DNA from: Patescibacteria group bacterium
Lineage (GTDB): Bacteria > Patescibacteriota > Patescibacteriia > Magasanikbacterales > GWA2-37-8
Reading direction: 5' to 3'
DNA length: 62,457 nucleotides
Assembly (NCBI GenBank): GCA_041651015.1
Contig: JBAZKA010000006.1
Span: 1 to 62,457, forward strand
Shown piece by piece: positions 25,317-33,655 of the stretch. Under the pieces are notes generated by a model that worked only from the letters and a program-made list of their open reading frames with translations, was not told the DNA's origin and did no database searches. The first letter of the stretch is position 1. The number at the start of each line of letters is the position of its first letter. The translations under genes were made by a program, and so were the position numbers.

Positions 25317-25538
25317 ATGACAGCAAACAAACAAAACATCGATTTAAATGACGATGATAATCTCTTGGAAGACGAGGAAGATGAAGAACTCGGTTTTCAC
25401 GAGGTTGACGAAAACGAAGACGAAGAGTCGGAAGACGAAGAAGATGAGTATGAAGATGAGGAAGACGAAGAATCCGATGACGAATTGGACGAAGAAGATG
25501 AAGACGATGACGACGACTCGGCCAAGGACGACATGTAG
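25317..25538 (+). CDS. 73-aa poly-acidic (Asp/Glu-rich) protein
   Basis: Has its own promoter and a downstream hairpin with a T-run (about 25547-25578). Sequence is ...EDEEDEELGFHEVDENEDEESEDEEDEYEDEEDEESDDELDEEDEDDDDD.... Confidence 0.55.
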   Translation: MTANKQNIDLNDDDNLLEDEEDEELGFHEVDENEDEESEDEEDEYEDEEDEESDDELDEEDEDDDDDSAKDDM

Positions 25539-25611
25539 AATATAAAATCATCCCGTTAGACGCGGGGTGATTTTTTGTTGAGTTTCGGTTGGCAGTGTAT
25601 AATATGTAAAT

Positions 25612-25851
25612 ATGTATTATTTATATATTTTGGAATGCCAAGATAAAACATTGTACACCGGCATCACGGTGGATTTGGCGCGCCGTTTGCGCGAACACAA
25701 TTCGTCCAAACTTGGGGCGAAATATACGCGAGCGCGCCGGCCGGTCAAATTAGTTTATTCCAAAAAATTCCGTAACCGCTCGCTCGCGTCAAAAGCTGAG
25801 AGCGAGGTGAAGAAATTATCGCGAGCGGAAAAATTAAAATTGATTTTGTGA
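25612..25851 (+). CDS. GIY-YIG nuclease-domain protein (UPF0213-like)
   Basis: YYLYILECQDKTLYTGITVDLARRLREHN. Confidence 0.85.
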   Translation: MYYLYILECQDKTLYTGITVDLARRLREHNSSKLGAKYTRARRPVKLVYSKKFRNRSLASKAESEVKKLSRAEKLKLIL

Positions 25852-25864
25852 TATAATATACCCG

Positions 25865-28414
25865 ATGCTAAATATTAGCGCAGGGGATATGAACGTGCTT
25901 AACTTCAGCGGACGGAGCAGTAAAAATTTAATGACCGAGTTGGAAACATCGGAGAACGGCTTGTCCATGTCCGAAGTTTTGTCGCGCCAAAAAAAATACG
26001 GGCTGAATGAAATAGGCGGGCGTGAAACTCACTGGTGGGACATTCTCGGCCGACAATTTAAGTCGCCGTTTATATATTTATTGATCGGGGCGGCCGCGCT
26101 TTCCATCGCCATGCGCGAGACGATTGACGGGATTATGGTGATTTGTTTTATTGTCATCAACAGCGGCTTGGGTTTCATACAAGAATTTCATTCCGAGAAA
26201 TCGGTTAAACTCCTAAAAAAATTTGTGATTGCCCGAACACGCGTGCGGCGCGATGGGCACGAATATTTGGCGGGGAGCAAAGACTTAACTTTAGGTGATG
26301 TAATAATCGTGGGTACGGGCGATGTCTTGCCGGCTGATGTTAGATTTTTTGAAGCCAATGATTTGATGGTGGATGAATCCATATTGACCGGCGAGTCGGC
26401 GCCCGCGGAAAAGAGCGCCGGTGATTTGGCGCAAGCGGCCGCGGATATTTATGCCGCGAAAAATATGGGATTCTCCGGCACCTGCATCGCGAGCGGTCGG
26501 GGTATGGGCGTGGTAGTGGCTATTGGTCAAGATACAATCATTGGGGATGCCGCCAAAATGACCACCGAGACGCAACGTGTCAGTCCGTTTGAAAAAGGCA
26601 TCAACAATTTTAGCAAGATCATTTTGCGCATGGTCGTTGTGATCATTATGTTTATTTTTGCGGCCAATGTTTTGATTAAAGGCCATGGAACAGATATCGC
26701 GGAATTGGTTTTATTTTCTATTGCTCTCGCAGTAAGTGTGATTCCCGAAGCTTTGCCGGTCGTCACCACGTTGTCACTTTCGCGCGGCGCTTTGCGTTTG
26801 GCTCGGGAACAGGTGGTGGTCAAGCGTTTATCCGCGGTGGAAGATTTAGGTAGTATTGAAGTTTTATGCACGGATAAAACCGGTACGATCACGGAAAATA
26901 AATTACAAGTGGCCGGCACCTACGGCCAGGCAGATCGGGCGATATATTTAGCCGCGCTGGCCTCATCGTTTCTGGGCGAAAAAAAACGCGAACCGAACAA
27001 TGCTTTTGATCTGGCCCTTTGGAATAAAATTTCTGCGGATAAAAAACAAGAAATCACGATCATTAAACGCGTAAGCGAGTTACCTTTTGACCCGGACCGT
27101 CGGCGCAATAGCGTGCTCGTGGAAAAAGGCCAAGAACGGCAGATGATTGTCCGTGGCGCGTTTGAATCTATCGCTCCTTTGTGTGCTGATCTGGATGAAA
27201 TTAAACACGCGGAATTGGGCAAATGGATTAAGGCCGAAGGCATGCAAGGCCGCCGGACAATTATTCTCGCCGAGCGAGCTTGTCCGTCAATGATAAATTA
27301 CAAAGAAAAGGACGAACAAATGCTCTCGTTTGTTGGCGCGATTTCCTTTGAAGATCCGATTAAGGCCACGACAAAAAGCGCGATTCAACAAGCGGCTATG
27401 CTTGGCGTGATGGTCAAAATTATTACCGGCGACAGTCCGGAGGTAGCCGGCGCCGTAGCCGCGCGCATTGGTTTGATTCAAAGCGCTGAAGCGGTGTTGA
27501 CCGGCGAGAGGTTGGAAAAGATGAATGACGAAGAACAGTTGGAAGCCGTGGAAAAATATTCTGTGTTTGCCCGTGTGTCTCCACGGCAAAAATTTTTAAT
27601 TATACAAACCCTGCAAAGAAAATTTGAAGTGGGATTTTTGGGCGAGGGAATTAATGACGCACCGGCTTTGAAATTAGCCAACGTGGCCTTGGCCGTGGAC
27701 GGCGCCTCGGACATTGCTCGCGAAGCCTCGGACATTATTTTGCTTAACCCCAGTTTAGCTGTAATCATTGACGGCATCAGGAGCGGGCGGGAAATTTTTG
27801 CCAACACGGTAAAATATTTGAAAATAACTTTGATATCCAATTTCGGAAATTTTTACGCCATTGCCGTGGCGTCGCTCATCATTTCATTTTTGCCCATGTT
27901 GCCGGCGCAACTTTTACTTTTGAATTTATTGTCGGATTTTCCCATGATTGCCATTGCTATGGACACGGTGGACAAAAATGAATTAAAACGTCCGCGTTCG
28001 TACAATGTGCGTGAAGTTGTGTTGATGGCTGTGTTGCTCGGCCTTGTCAGCACAGTGTTTGATTTTATATTTTTTGGTTTATATTTTCGTAAAGACCCGT
28101 CAGTCTTGCAGACAAACTGGTTCATCGGTTCGGTGCTGACTGAATTGGTTTTAATTTATTCAATCAGGACGCGCGGTTTATTTATCAAGGCGCGGCGCCC
28201 GTCCACGATTTTATCCGCCTTGTCCATTGTGGCAATCGGAGCAACTCTGTTATTGCCTTTTACTCCGCTTGGCATTGGTTTGTTTAAATTTACACCACCG
28301 ACTGCGTATTTCCTCATTACAATTTTTAGTGTGGTGATTTGCTATTTTATTATCACGGAAATTTTAAAAAGAGTTTACTATCGTTTCGCGGGCAATGGGG
28401 ACGGGGGGAAATAG
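25865..28414 (+). CDS. cation-transporting P-type ATPase (MgtA/Ca-ATPase-like)
   Basis: TGES, CTDKTGTITENK (DKTGT), GEGINDAPALK, and about 10 TM helices. The exact start is uncertain. Confidence 0.9.
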   Translation: MLNISAGDMNVLNFSGRSSKNLMTELETSENGLSMSEVLSRQKKYGLNEIGGRETHWWDILGRQFKSPFIYLLIGAAALSIAMRETIDGIMVICFIVINSGLGFIQEFHSEKSVKLLKKFVIARTRVRRDGHEYLAGSKDLTLGDVIIVGTGDVLPADVRFFEANDLMVDESILTGESAPAEKSAGDLAQAAADIYAAKNMGFSGTCIASGRGMGVVVAIGQDTIIGDAAKMTTETQRVSPFEKGINNFSKIILRMVVVIIMFIFAANVLIKGHGTDIAELVLFSIALAVSVIPEALPVVTTLSLSRGALRLAREQVVVKRLSAVEDLGSIEVLCTDKTGTITENKLQVAGTYGQADRAIYLAALASSFLGEKKREPNNAFDLALWNKISADKKQEITIIKRVSELPFDPDRRRNSVLVEKGQERQMIVRGAFESIAPLCADLDEIKHAELGKWIKAEGMQGRRTIILAERACPSMINYKEKDEQMLSFVGAISFEDPIKATTKSAIQQAAMLGVMVKIITGDSPEVAGAVAARIGLIQSAEAVLTGERLEKMNDEEQLEAVEKYSVFARVSPRQKFLIIQTLQRKFEVGFLGEGINDAPALKLANVALAVDGASDIAREASDIILLNPSLAVIIDGIRSGREIFANTVKYLKITLISNFGNFYAIAVASLIISFLPMLPAQLLLLNLLSDFPMIAIAMDTVDKNELKRPRSYNVREVVLMAVLLGLVSTVFDFIFFGLYFRKDPSVLQTNWFIGSVLTELVLIYSIRTRGLFIKARRPSTILSALSIVAIGATLLLPFTPLGIGLFKFTPPTAYFLITIFSVVICYFIITEILKRVYYRFAGNGDGGK

Positions 28415-28418
28415 GATA

Positions 28419-28447
28419 TTGACAAAATTTCGTTTTTCTTATATAAT
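28419..28447 (+). promoter_or_regulatory. sigma-70-type promoter (TTGACA-17-TATAAT) for the tRNA-Gly/tRNA-fMet operon
   Basis: TTGACAAAATTTCGTTTTTCTTATATAAT. Confidence 0.6.
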
Positions 28448-28453
28448 CTAACC

Positions 28454-28544
28454 CAGAGTAAATAGATTTCGCGGGTATACTAAGGTATACCCGCTCATTC
28501 GCGGAAAATGTCAAAATAAATTTTGCCATTTTGCCGCTCATTTC
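28454..28544 (+). promoter_or_regulatory. structured 5' leader of tRNA-Gly(GCC), including an acceptor-stem-like minihelix
   Basis: GCGGGTATAC-TAAG-GTATACCCGCTCA (tRNA 5' and 3' acceptor strands joined). Also AAAATGTCAAAA-TAAA-TTTTGCCATTTT. CCGCTCATTTC lies directly before the tRNA. Confidence 0.4.
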
Positions 28545-28616
28545 GCGGGTATAGTACAACGGTTAGTATACGTCCTTGCCAAGGATGAGATGGCGGTTCG
28601 ATTCCGCTTACCCGCT
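28545..28616 (+). tRNA. tRNA-Gly(GCC), no encoded CCA
   Basis: Manual cloverleaf: acceptor GCGGGUA/UACCCGC, anticodon arm CGUCC-UUGCCAA-GGAUG, T arm GGCGG-UUCGAUU-CCGCU. Confidence 0.85.
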
Positions 28617-28660
28617 CAAGACGACCCATAATTAAGATATGGGTCGCGCTATACATATAT

Positions 28661-28733
28661 AGCGGGGTAGAGCAATTGGCAGCTCGTCGGGCCCATAACC
28701 CGAAGGTTCCCGGTTCAAGTCCGGGCCCCGCAA
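28661..28733 (+). tRNA. initiator tRNA-fMet(CAU), no encoded CCA
   Basis: Nearly identical to the E. coli tRNA-fMet core (GCUCGUCGGGC-C-CAUAACCCGAAGG). Has the three G-C pairs in the anticodon stem and an unpaired 1:72 (A:A). Confidence 0.8.
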
Positions 28734-28734
28734 C

Positions 28735-28770
28735 AAAAGAGTTCAATTATAATAATTGAACTTTTGTTTT
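28735..28770 (+). terminator. rho-independent terminator
   Basis: AAAAGAGTTCAATT-loop-AATTGAACTTTT followed by a T-run. Confidence 0.65.
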
Positions 28771-28818
28771 ATTGGGGATATACTAAGTGGATATAATAAT
28801 TTTTTAAAGTAATGTAGT

Positions 28819-29946
28819 ATGTCAACTAAAGAATTCTTTAATGATCAAAGTGACGGCACTGCCGTAAAGATAAACTTTTATGAAGATTACATAGAGAGTT
28901 ATCTATTCAAGATATTATTATCTTTTGGTAGTTGTATGATCGCAGACTTATTCTGTGGACCGGGCAAAAATGGCGATAAAGATGGAAGCCCGTTAATTTT
29001 GCTTAAAAAAGCAACGGAAGTTTTAAAAGACGAGAAATTTAGTAACAGTGTAAAATCATCCTCGGAAATTATCGTTATTTTTAATGACATTAATAAAGAA
29101 AATATTAATAAGTTAAAAAGTGAGTTATCAGCCATAAGTCTTCCGGGAAATATAAAAATAATTGAACCGCAGAATAATAAATTTAGTGATATCGCCGCAG
29201 AAATTGTTAAGCTTAATATTTCAATGCCCAAATTTTTTTTCTTAGACCCGTTTACATATGGCGACATTCAGCTGTCTGAGATCAAGCAATTAATGGATAT
29301 AAATTGTTCCGAAGTGATGTTATTTATGCCTACATTCTTGGCTTATCGTTTTGCGACGTCAATTAAGAACCCGCAAAAATTGATAAGTTTTTTAAATAAT
29401 TTTACCGACAAAGGAGTTTATGATTATGAAGATATATATGATTTTGTTAATTCAATTAAACGAAAAATTAAGATGGAGCTTGGTTTAAAATTTGTGCAGG
29501 ATGCTCTAATTGATGTCGGCAAAAATAAAAATTCACTTTTTTTATTAACAAAAAACACGAAAGGCGCCATGCTTTTTAATAATCTTTTTTGGAAGGAGTC
29601 TTATGACGGTAAATCATTAAATGTTTCTGAAATTAAACACAATGAAAAAGAACCGAGATTATTTTCTAAAGATGTTCTGCCAACGGCCGAACTTGAAGAA
29701 CGCGTTCTTAACTTTCAGACAAAGGTCATTGATGAATTAAAGAAGAAGCGCAAGATGTGTAATACGGAAGTAATAGAATTTACAGTCGTCGAGGGTTTTA
29801 AGCCGAAACACGCGAACGACGTTCTTATAAAATTAAAAAAAGAAAATAAAATTAGAGTAAATTATTTTAGTGCCTTAAAAGTTAAGGGTTTTTATGTATC
29901 TGAAAAGATGTTCGATCAGAAATTGTGTGAAATAGTATTTTTATAG
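28819..29946 (+). CDS. TcmP-like (three-Cys-motif partner) protein
   Basis: N-terminus ...KINFYEDYIESYLFKIL...IADLFCGPGKNGDKDGSPLILL resembles the TcmP family as I recall it. Paired with the atypical radical-SAM-like gene. Visibly AT-rich. Confidence 0.5.
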   Translation: MSTKEFFNDQSDGTAVKINFYEDYIESYLFKILLSFGSCMIADLFCGPGKNGDKDGSPLILLKKATEVLKDEKFSNSVKSSSEIIVIFNDINKENINKLKSELSAISLPGNIKIIEPQNNKFSDIAAEIVKLNISMPKFFFLDPFTYGDIQLSEIKQLMDINCSEVMLFMPTFLAYRFATSIKNPQKLISFLNNFTDKGVYDYEDIYDFVNSIKRKIKMELGLKFVQDALIDVGKNKNSLFLLTKNTKGAMLFNNLFWKESYDGKSLNVSEIKHNEKEPRLFSKDVLPTAELEERVLNFQTKVIDELKKKRKMCNTEVIEFTVVEGFKPKHANDVLIKLKKENKIRVNYFSALKVKGFYVSEKMFDQKLCEIVFL

Positions 29947-29962
29947 TATAATTACTATATAG

Positions 29963-30814
29963 ATGTTTATGCTTACCATAAAGCGGAAATCCCTACTTTA
30001 TAAAAGCGGTGTTGAATACGCTGATTTTTGCGTTAATCATGTTGAGGGGTGTGCCCACGGTTGCCGGTTTCCTTGCTACGCCATGATGATGAAAAAACGC
30101 TGCGGCATTATCAAAGATTATAAAGATTGGATAAAACCAAAATTAGTGAGTAACGCGTTGGAATTACTGGATAAAGAAATACCCAAATACAAGGATAAAA
30201 TTAAATTTGTCCATCTTTGTTTTACCACTGATCCTTTTATGTATGAGTATCCGGAAGTCAGCGATTTAAGTTTAAAAATCATTGAACGATTTAATAAGGA
30301 TAACATACGCCTAACCGTGTTGACGAAAGGGGTTTATCCGAAAGATTTAGCCGACGGCGAAAAGTATGGAAAAAGGAACGAATATGGTATTACTTTGGTT
30401 TCGTTGAGCGACAAATTTAAAAGAGACTTCGAACCGTTTACTGCATCGTACAGAGAACGAATAAAATCATTAAAATATTTGCATGATAAGGGTTTAAAAA
30501 CATGGATTAGTATGGAGCCGTATCCGACGCCGAATATAGTTTGGCAGGATCTAAATAAAATATTAAAAGAGGTTAGTTTTGTTGATAAAATTATTTTTGG
30601 TAAGTTAAATTACAACGTTGACGCGTCACAGTCCGTTTTTAGGGCCAGTAAAGAATTTTATGATGAGCAGGCGAACATTGTCATAGATTTTTGCAAGGAA
30701 CGAGGTATAGAATATCATATTAAATTTGGCACGCAAAAAAAAGATAGTAAAAAAACCGACAAGATATTTGTTCGTGACGCTACGTCCGTTAGAAGAATTG
30801 CTTACGCAATTTAG
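29963..30814 (+). CDS. radical-SAM-like protein (SplB/DNA-photolyase-like fold) with a CxxxCxxxC motif
   Basis: VEGCAHGCRFPCYAM in place of the canonical CxxxCxxC. Confidence 0.6.
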   Translation: MFMLTIKRKSLLYKSGVEYADFCVNHVEGCAHGCRFPCYAMMMKKRCGIIKDYKDWIKPKLVSNALELLDKEIPKYKDKIKFVHLCFTTDPFMYEYPEVSDLSLKIIERFNKDNIRLTVLTKGVYPKDLADGEKYGKRNEYGITLVSLSDKFKRDFEPFTASYRERIKSLKYLHDKGLKTWISMEPYPTPNIVWQDLNKILKEVSFVDKIIFGKLNYNVDASQSVFRASKEFYDEQANIVIDFCKERGIEYHIKFGTQKKDSKKTDKIFVRDATSVRRIAYAI

Positions 30815-30830
30815 AATAAACTTCCTAACA

Positions 30831-30864
30831 AAAAAACACCCCGCTTTTCGCGGGGTATTTTGTT
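30831..30864. terminator. bidirectional terminator
   Basis: A-run, ACCCCGC-TTTTC-GCGGGGT, T-run, between convergent genes. Confidence 0.7.
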
Positions 30865-30869
30865 TAATA

Positions 30870-31922
30870 CTAATTTTCCTCCAACTCTTTCCTATAATGC
30901 GCTTCGTACATTTCCCAGAACGCCAGCATGAGCGAAGCAATAATCGGCCCGATGATAAATCCGGAAATGCCGAATACGGCAATACCGCCCAGAGTGGAAA
31001 GCAAAACCAAAAGAGGATGCATTTGCGAATCTTTGCCCACCAGCATGGGGCGCAAAATGTTGTCAATTGTGCCGATAACCAGCGCGCCGAATAAAATCAT
31101 GCCGATACCAATCCAAGTGTGTCCGATAATGATCATAATAATCGCGGCTGGCAACCAAACAAAGTAAGGCCCGATACCCGGCACTGAGGAGAGGAGCACC
31201 ATGAGGAGTCCCCAGATGACCGCGCCGTTAATACCGGAGACCCAAAACATTAGTCCGCCGAGCGTGCCCTGAATCAAGCCAATAATCAAAGAACCCTTTA
31301 TAGTGGCGCGCGTCGTGGAAGTAAATTTGTTGTAAAGCATTTTTTCCTGTTCATCTCCCAACGGGCAGAGATACATTATTTTTTTCAATAATTTTTCGCC
31401 ATCGCGGATAAAGAAAAACAAGGAATAAAATGTGATAAAGAACATAATAAGAAATACGACCGAATTTTGTGTGAAACTTTTCGCGCTGTTTAACAAGAAC
31501 GAAGTGAGGGATTGAGCCAATTCGGTAAATTTTTGGGTGATCGCCGATTGATCAATGTTTAATTGCGCGGTCAGCGGATTGTCGCGTATCCATTCAACGG
31601 CCGCGTTAATGCTAGTCTTAAGAGTACCGGAATTTTGCGACAGGGAATTATACATGTCAATTGATTGACTGACTACCAACGTGCCGATGAGGACAATTGG
31701 CACCACGATTATCGCCAGGACAATCATCATGGTGATGGCCGTACTCAGATTTGGGACTTTTAATTTGCGATTCAGAAATGAGTATAACGGATAAAAAATG
31801 CCGGCAATAATTGCCGCCCAAAAAATCGGATAAGCAAAGGTTTTGATTATCCAAAGAAAAGCCACGGTGACGACAGCGAGCAGGGCAACGAATAAAAAGT
31901 TGCGCATTTTGGAAAAGTCCAT
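30870..31922 (-). CDS. AI-2E family transporter (PerM/UPF0118)
   Basis: About 8 TM helices. IGLIQGTLGGLMFWVSGINGAVIWGLLMVLLSSVPGIGPYFVWLPAAI. Confidence 0.85.
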   Translation of the reverse strand: MDFSKMRNFLFVALLAVVTVAFLWIIKTFAYPIFWAAIIAGIFYPLYSFLNRKLKVPNLSTAITMMIVLAIIVVPIVLIGTLVVSQSIDMYNSLSQNSGTLKTSINAAVEWIRDNPLTAQLNIDQSAITQKFTELAQSLTSFLLNSAKSFTQNSVVFLIMFFITFYSLFFFIRDGEKLLKKIMYLCPLGDEQEKMLYNKFTSTTRATIKGSLIIGLIQGTLGGLMFWVSGINGAVIWGLLMVLLSSVPGIGPYFVWLPAAIIMIIIGHTWIGIGMILFGALVIGTIDNILRPMLVGKDSQMHPLLVLLSTLGGIAVFGISGFIIGPIIASLMLAFWEMYEAHYRKELEEN

Positions 31923-31967
31923 ATTTTTACAGTTATCAATTAACAGTTATATATTATCAGACAATTA

Positions 31968-33380
31968 TCATTTTTTCAAAGCCGGCAAAATCTCCCGTAA
32001 AGTTTGCTTGGAAATAACGCGTAGAGCTAAGACCAAAACCGTGTAAATTATCACACCGATGATAATGGAAACGAACAGTCCAAGTTGTAATTTGATAATA
32101 ACAAAAGCCATAATGGCCGAGGCCAGACAAATTTTCAAAAAGGCAAACGGACGGGGCCAAAAACCCGAATAGCATCCGGCCATAATGAGGAGTCCCAAAC
32201 CGGCAAAAGTTTCCGAACCCACGCGCACCCAGGCCGCGCCAAAACCGCCAAGCATTGGAATAAAAATAAAATAAGCGACCACCGCCAGAATCGCATTCGC
32301 CAAATAAATCCACAGAGATTTTTTTTGTTTGCCCAGCGCCAAGTTCACATGGCCGAAAACCGTGCCAAATAATATTCCCAGCATAGTAAGAATCTGCACG
32401 CGCAAATACGCGCCCGAGCCAATAAATTTGTCACTCGCGACAAAACGCATAATCGGAGTGGCGAGAGCCAGCACGCCCGCGACCATGGGGATAATAAAGA
32501 GCGACATCAAATCAAAACCGCGTTGTACTTGCATTTTGAAATCATCTTTTAATCCGCGGGACCAAGCAAAGGCGATAAGCGGTAAAAACATGCCCATGAG
32601 CATGGATGATACCTGGATGCAGATATCAATCACGCGATAAGCCGCGCCATAAAGCCCGACTTCTGTTTGTGAGACAAAGAGCGGTAAAATCACGCGATCG
32701 CCTTGCAAATAAAAACAATTGAAAATTACCGACAAAGCCACGGGCCAAAGTTTTTTGAAAATTGATTTGCTAATGGCGCGGTCAATTTGAAAATGAATTG
32801 GTTCGGATTTGTACCAAAGATACGCGGTGTAAGACAGAGAGCCTAAAGTAATCACGGCCATCATTGGTAAAAATCCCAAGTGCCCGGTGGCCACCAGCGC
32901 AAGACCGGCGACCAGCACCACGCGCCCGATAACTTCGCCCATGGCCTGAATGTGCATTTTTAATTTGGTCTGGTAATAGGCGACAAGGACTTGGTTGAGC
33001 GACACGCCGATAAAAGAAAACGACATTATCACCGCCGCCCATTTAATCGGCGCGGGATAAGGAAATAAAAATATCGTCAGCGGAGCAATGCCTTGCGTAA
33101 GTACGGCTGTAATTATCCTCCAGGTAAACAAATTGCTGAGGAGTTTGGATTTATCGTGCGCCGGTTCGGCGAGCATACTGGAAGTAATGACCGTAAAACC
33201 AAAATCCGTGAAGATGCCGATGAATTGTAAAAATCCGATGGCCGTGGAATACCAGCCAAATTGTTCCACGCCCAAAGCGCGGGTCATGATGGCGATGGCG
33301 ATCAAACCCAAAAGCGTGCTGACGGTTTTTCCACCCAGTTGCCACATGGTATTGTGCGCGATAGCGCGGACTTGGGACAT
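31968..33380 (-). CDS. MOP-superfamily oligosaccharide/polysaccharide flippase
   Basis: About 12-14 TM helices. N-terminus ...NTMWQLGGKTVSTLLGLIAIAIMTRALGVEQFG. Confidence 0.7.
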   Translation of the reverse strand: MSQVRAIAHNTMWQLGGKTVSTLLGLIAIAIMTRALGVEQFGWYSTAIGFLQFIGIFTDFGFTVITSSMLAEPAHDKSKLLSNLFTWRIITAVLTQGIAPLTIFLFPYPAPIKWAAVIMSFSFIGVSLNQVLVAYYQTKLKMHIQAMGEVIGRVVLVAGLALVATGHLGFLPMMAVITLGSLSYTAYLWYKSEPIHFQIDRAISKSIFKKLWPVALSVIFNCFYLQGDRVILPLFVSQTEVGLYGAAYRVIDICIQVSSMLMGMFLPLIAFAWSRGLKDDFKMQVQRGFDLMSLFIIPMVAGVLALATPIMRFVASDKFIGSGAYLRVQILTMLGILFGTVFGHVNLALGKQKKSLWIYLANAILAVVAYFIFIPMLGGFGAAWVRVGSETFAGLGLLIMAGCYSGFWPRPFAFLKICLASAIMAFVIIKLQLGLFVSIIIGVIIYTVLVLALRVISKQTLREILPALKK

Positions 33381-33429
33381 AATGATGAGAGAATTCTGAA
33401 ATTTGTGTATTAACTGGATATACGAAATA

Positions 33430-33449
33430 CCTGCCTGCCGGCAGGCAGG
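33430..33449. repeat. perfect 20-bp GC palindrome CCTGCCTGCCGGCAGGCAGG
   Basis: The identical 20-mer occurs at 62060-62079. Confidence 0.8.
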
Positions 33450-33494
33450 CGAAAGCTACGAAATATACGAATATTTTATCACACATATACACTA

Positions 33495-33523
33495 TTGACA
33501 AAACCGCCAAAATGCGCTTAACT
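33495..33523 (+). promoter_or_regulatory. candidate promoter (TTGACA-17-TTAACT), same template as 3971, 11658 and 37116
   Basis: TTGACAAAACCGCCAAAATGCGCTTAACT. Confidence 0.4.
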
Positions 33524-33655
33524 TATATTATCATTATTAAATTTTCGCTCATTTTACACTAAAACCGAAAAAGAGAATCAAAATCCCCATTTCGGGGAAA
33601 ACCCTTCCCTTTTAGGGAAAGGAATTACAGGGCCTTTGGCCCCGGGAGAACGAAG

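Noticed and set aside
25315-25551. ORFs 25348-25545 (+) and 25315-25551 (-) overlapping the poly-acidic gene
   Set aside because: These are frame-shifted or antisense readings of the GAA/GAT-rich repeat (Lys/Thr-rich or Leu/Arg-rich). The promoter and start context fit only the acidic frame. However, the coding status of the acidic frame itself is only moderately supported.
28495-28746. 83-aa minus-strand ORF
   Set aside because: It lies entirely on top of tRNA-Gly(GCC) and tRNA-fMet. Its translation (GLEPGTFGLWARRA...) is the usual tRNA-antisense artefact.
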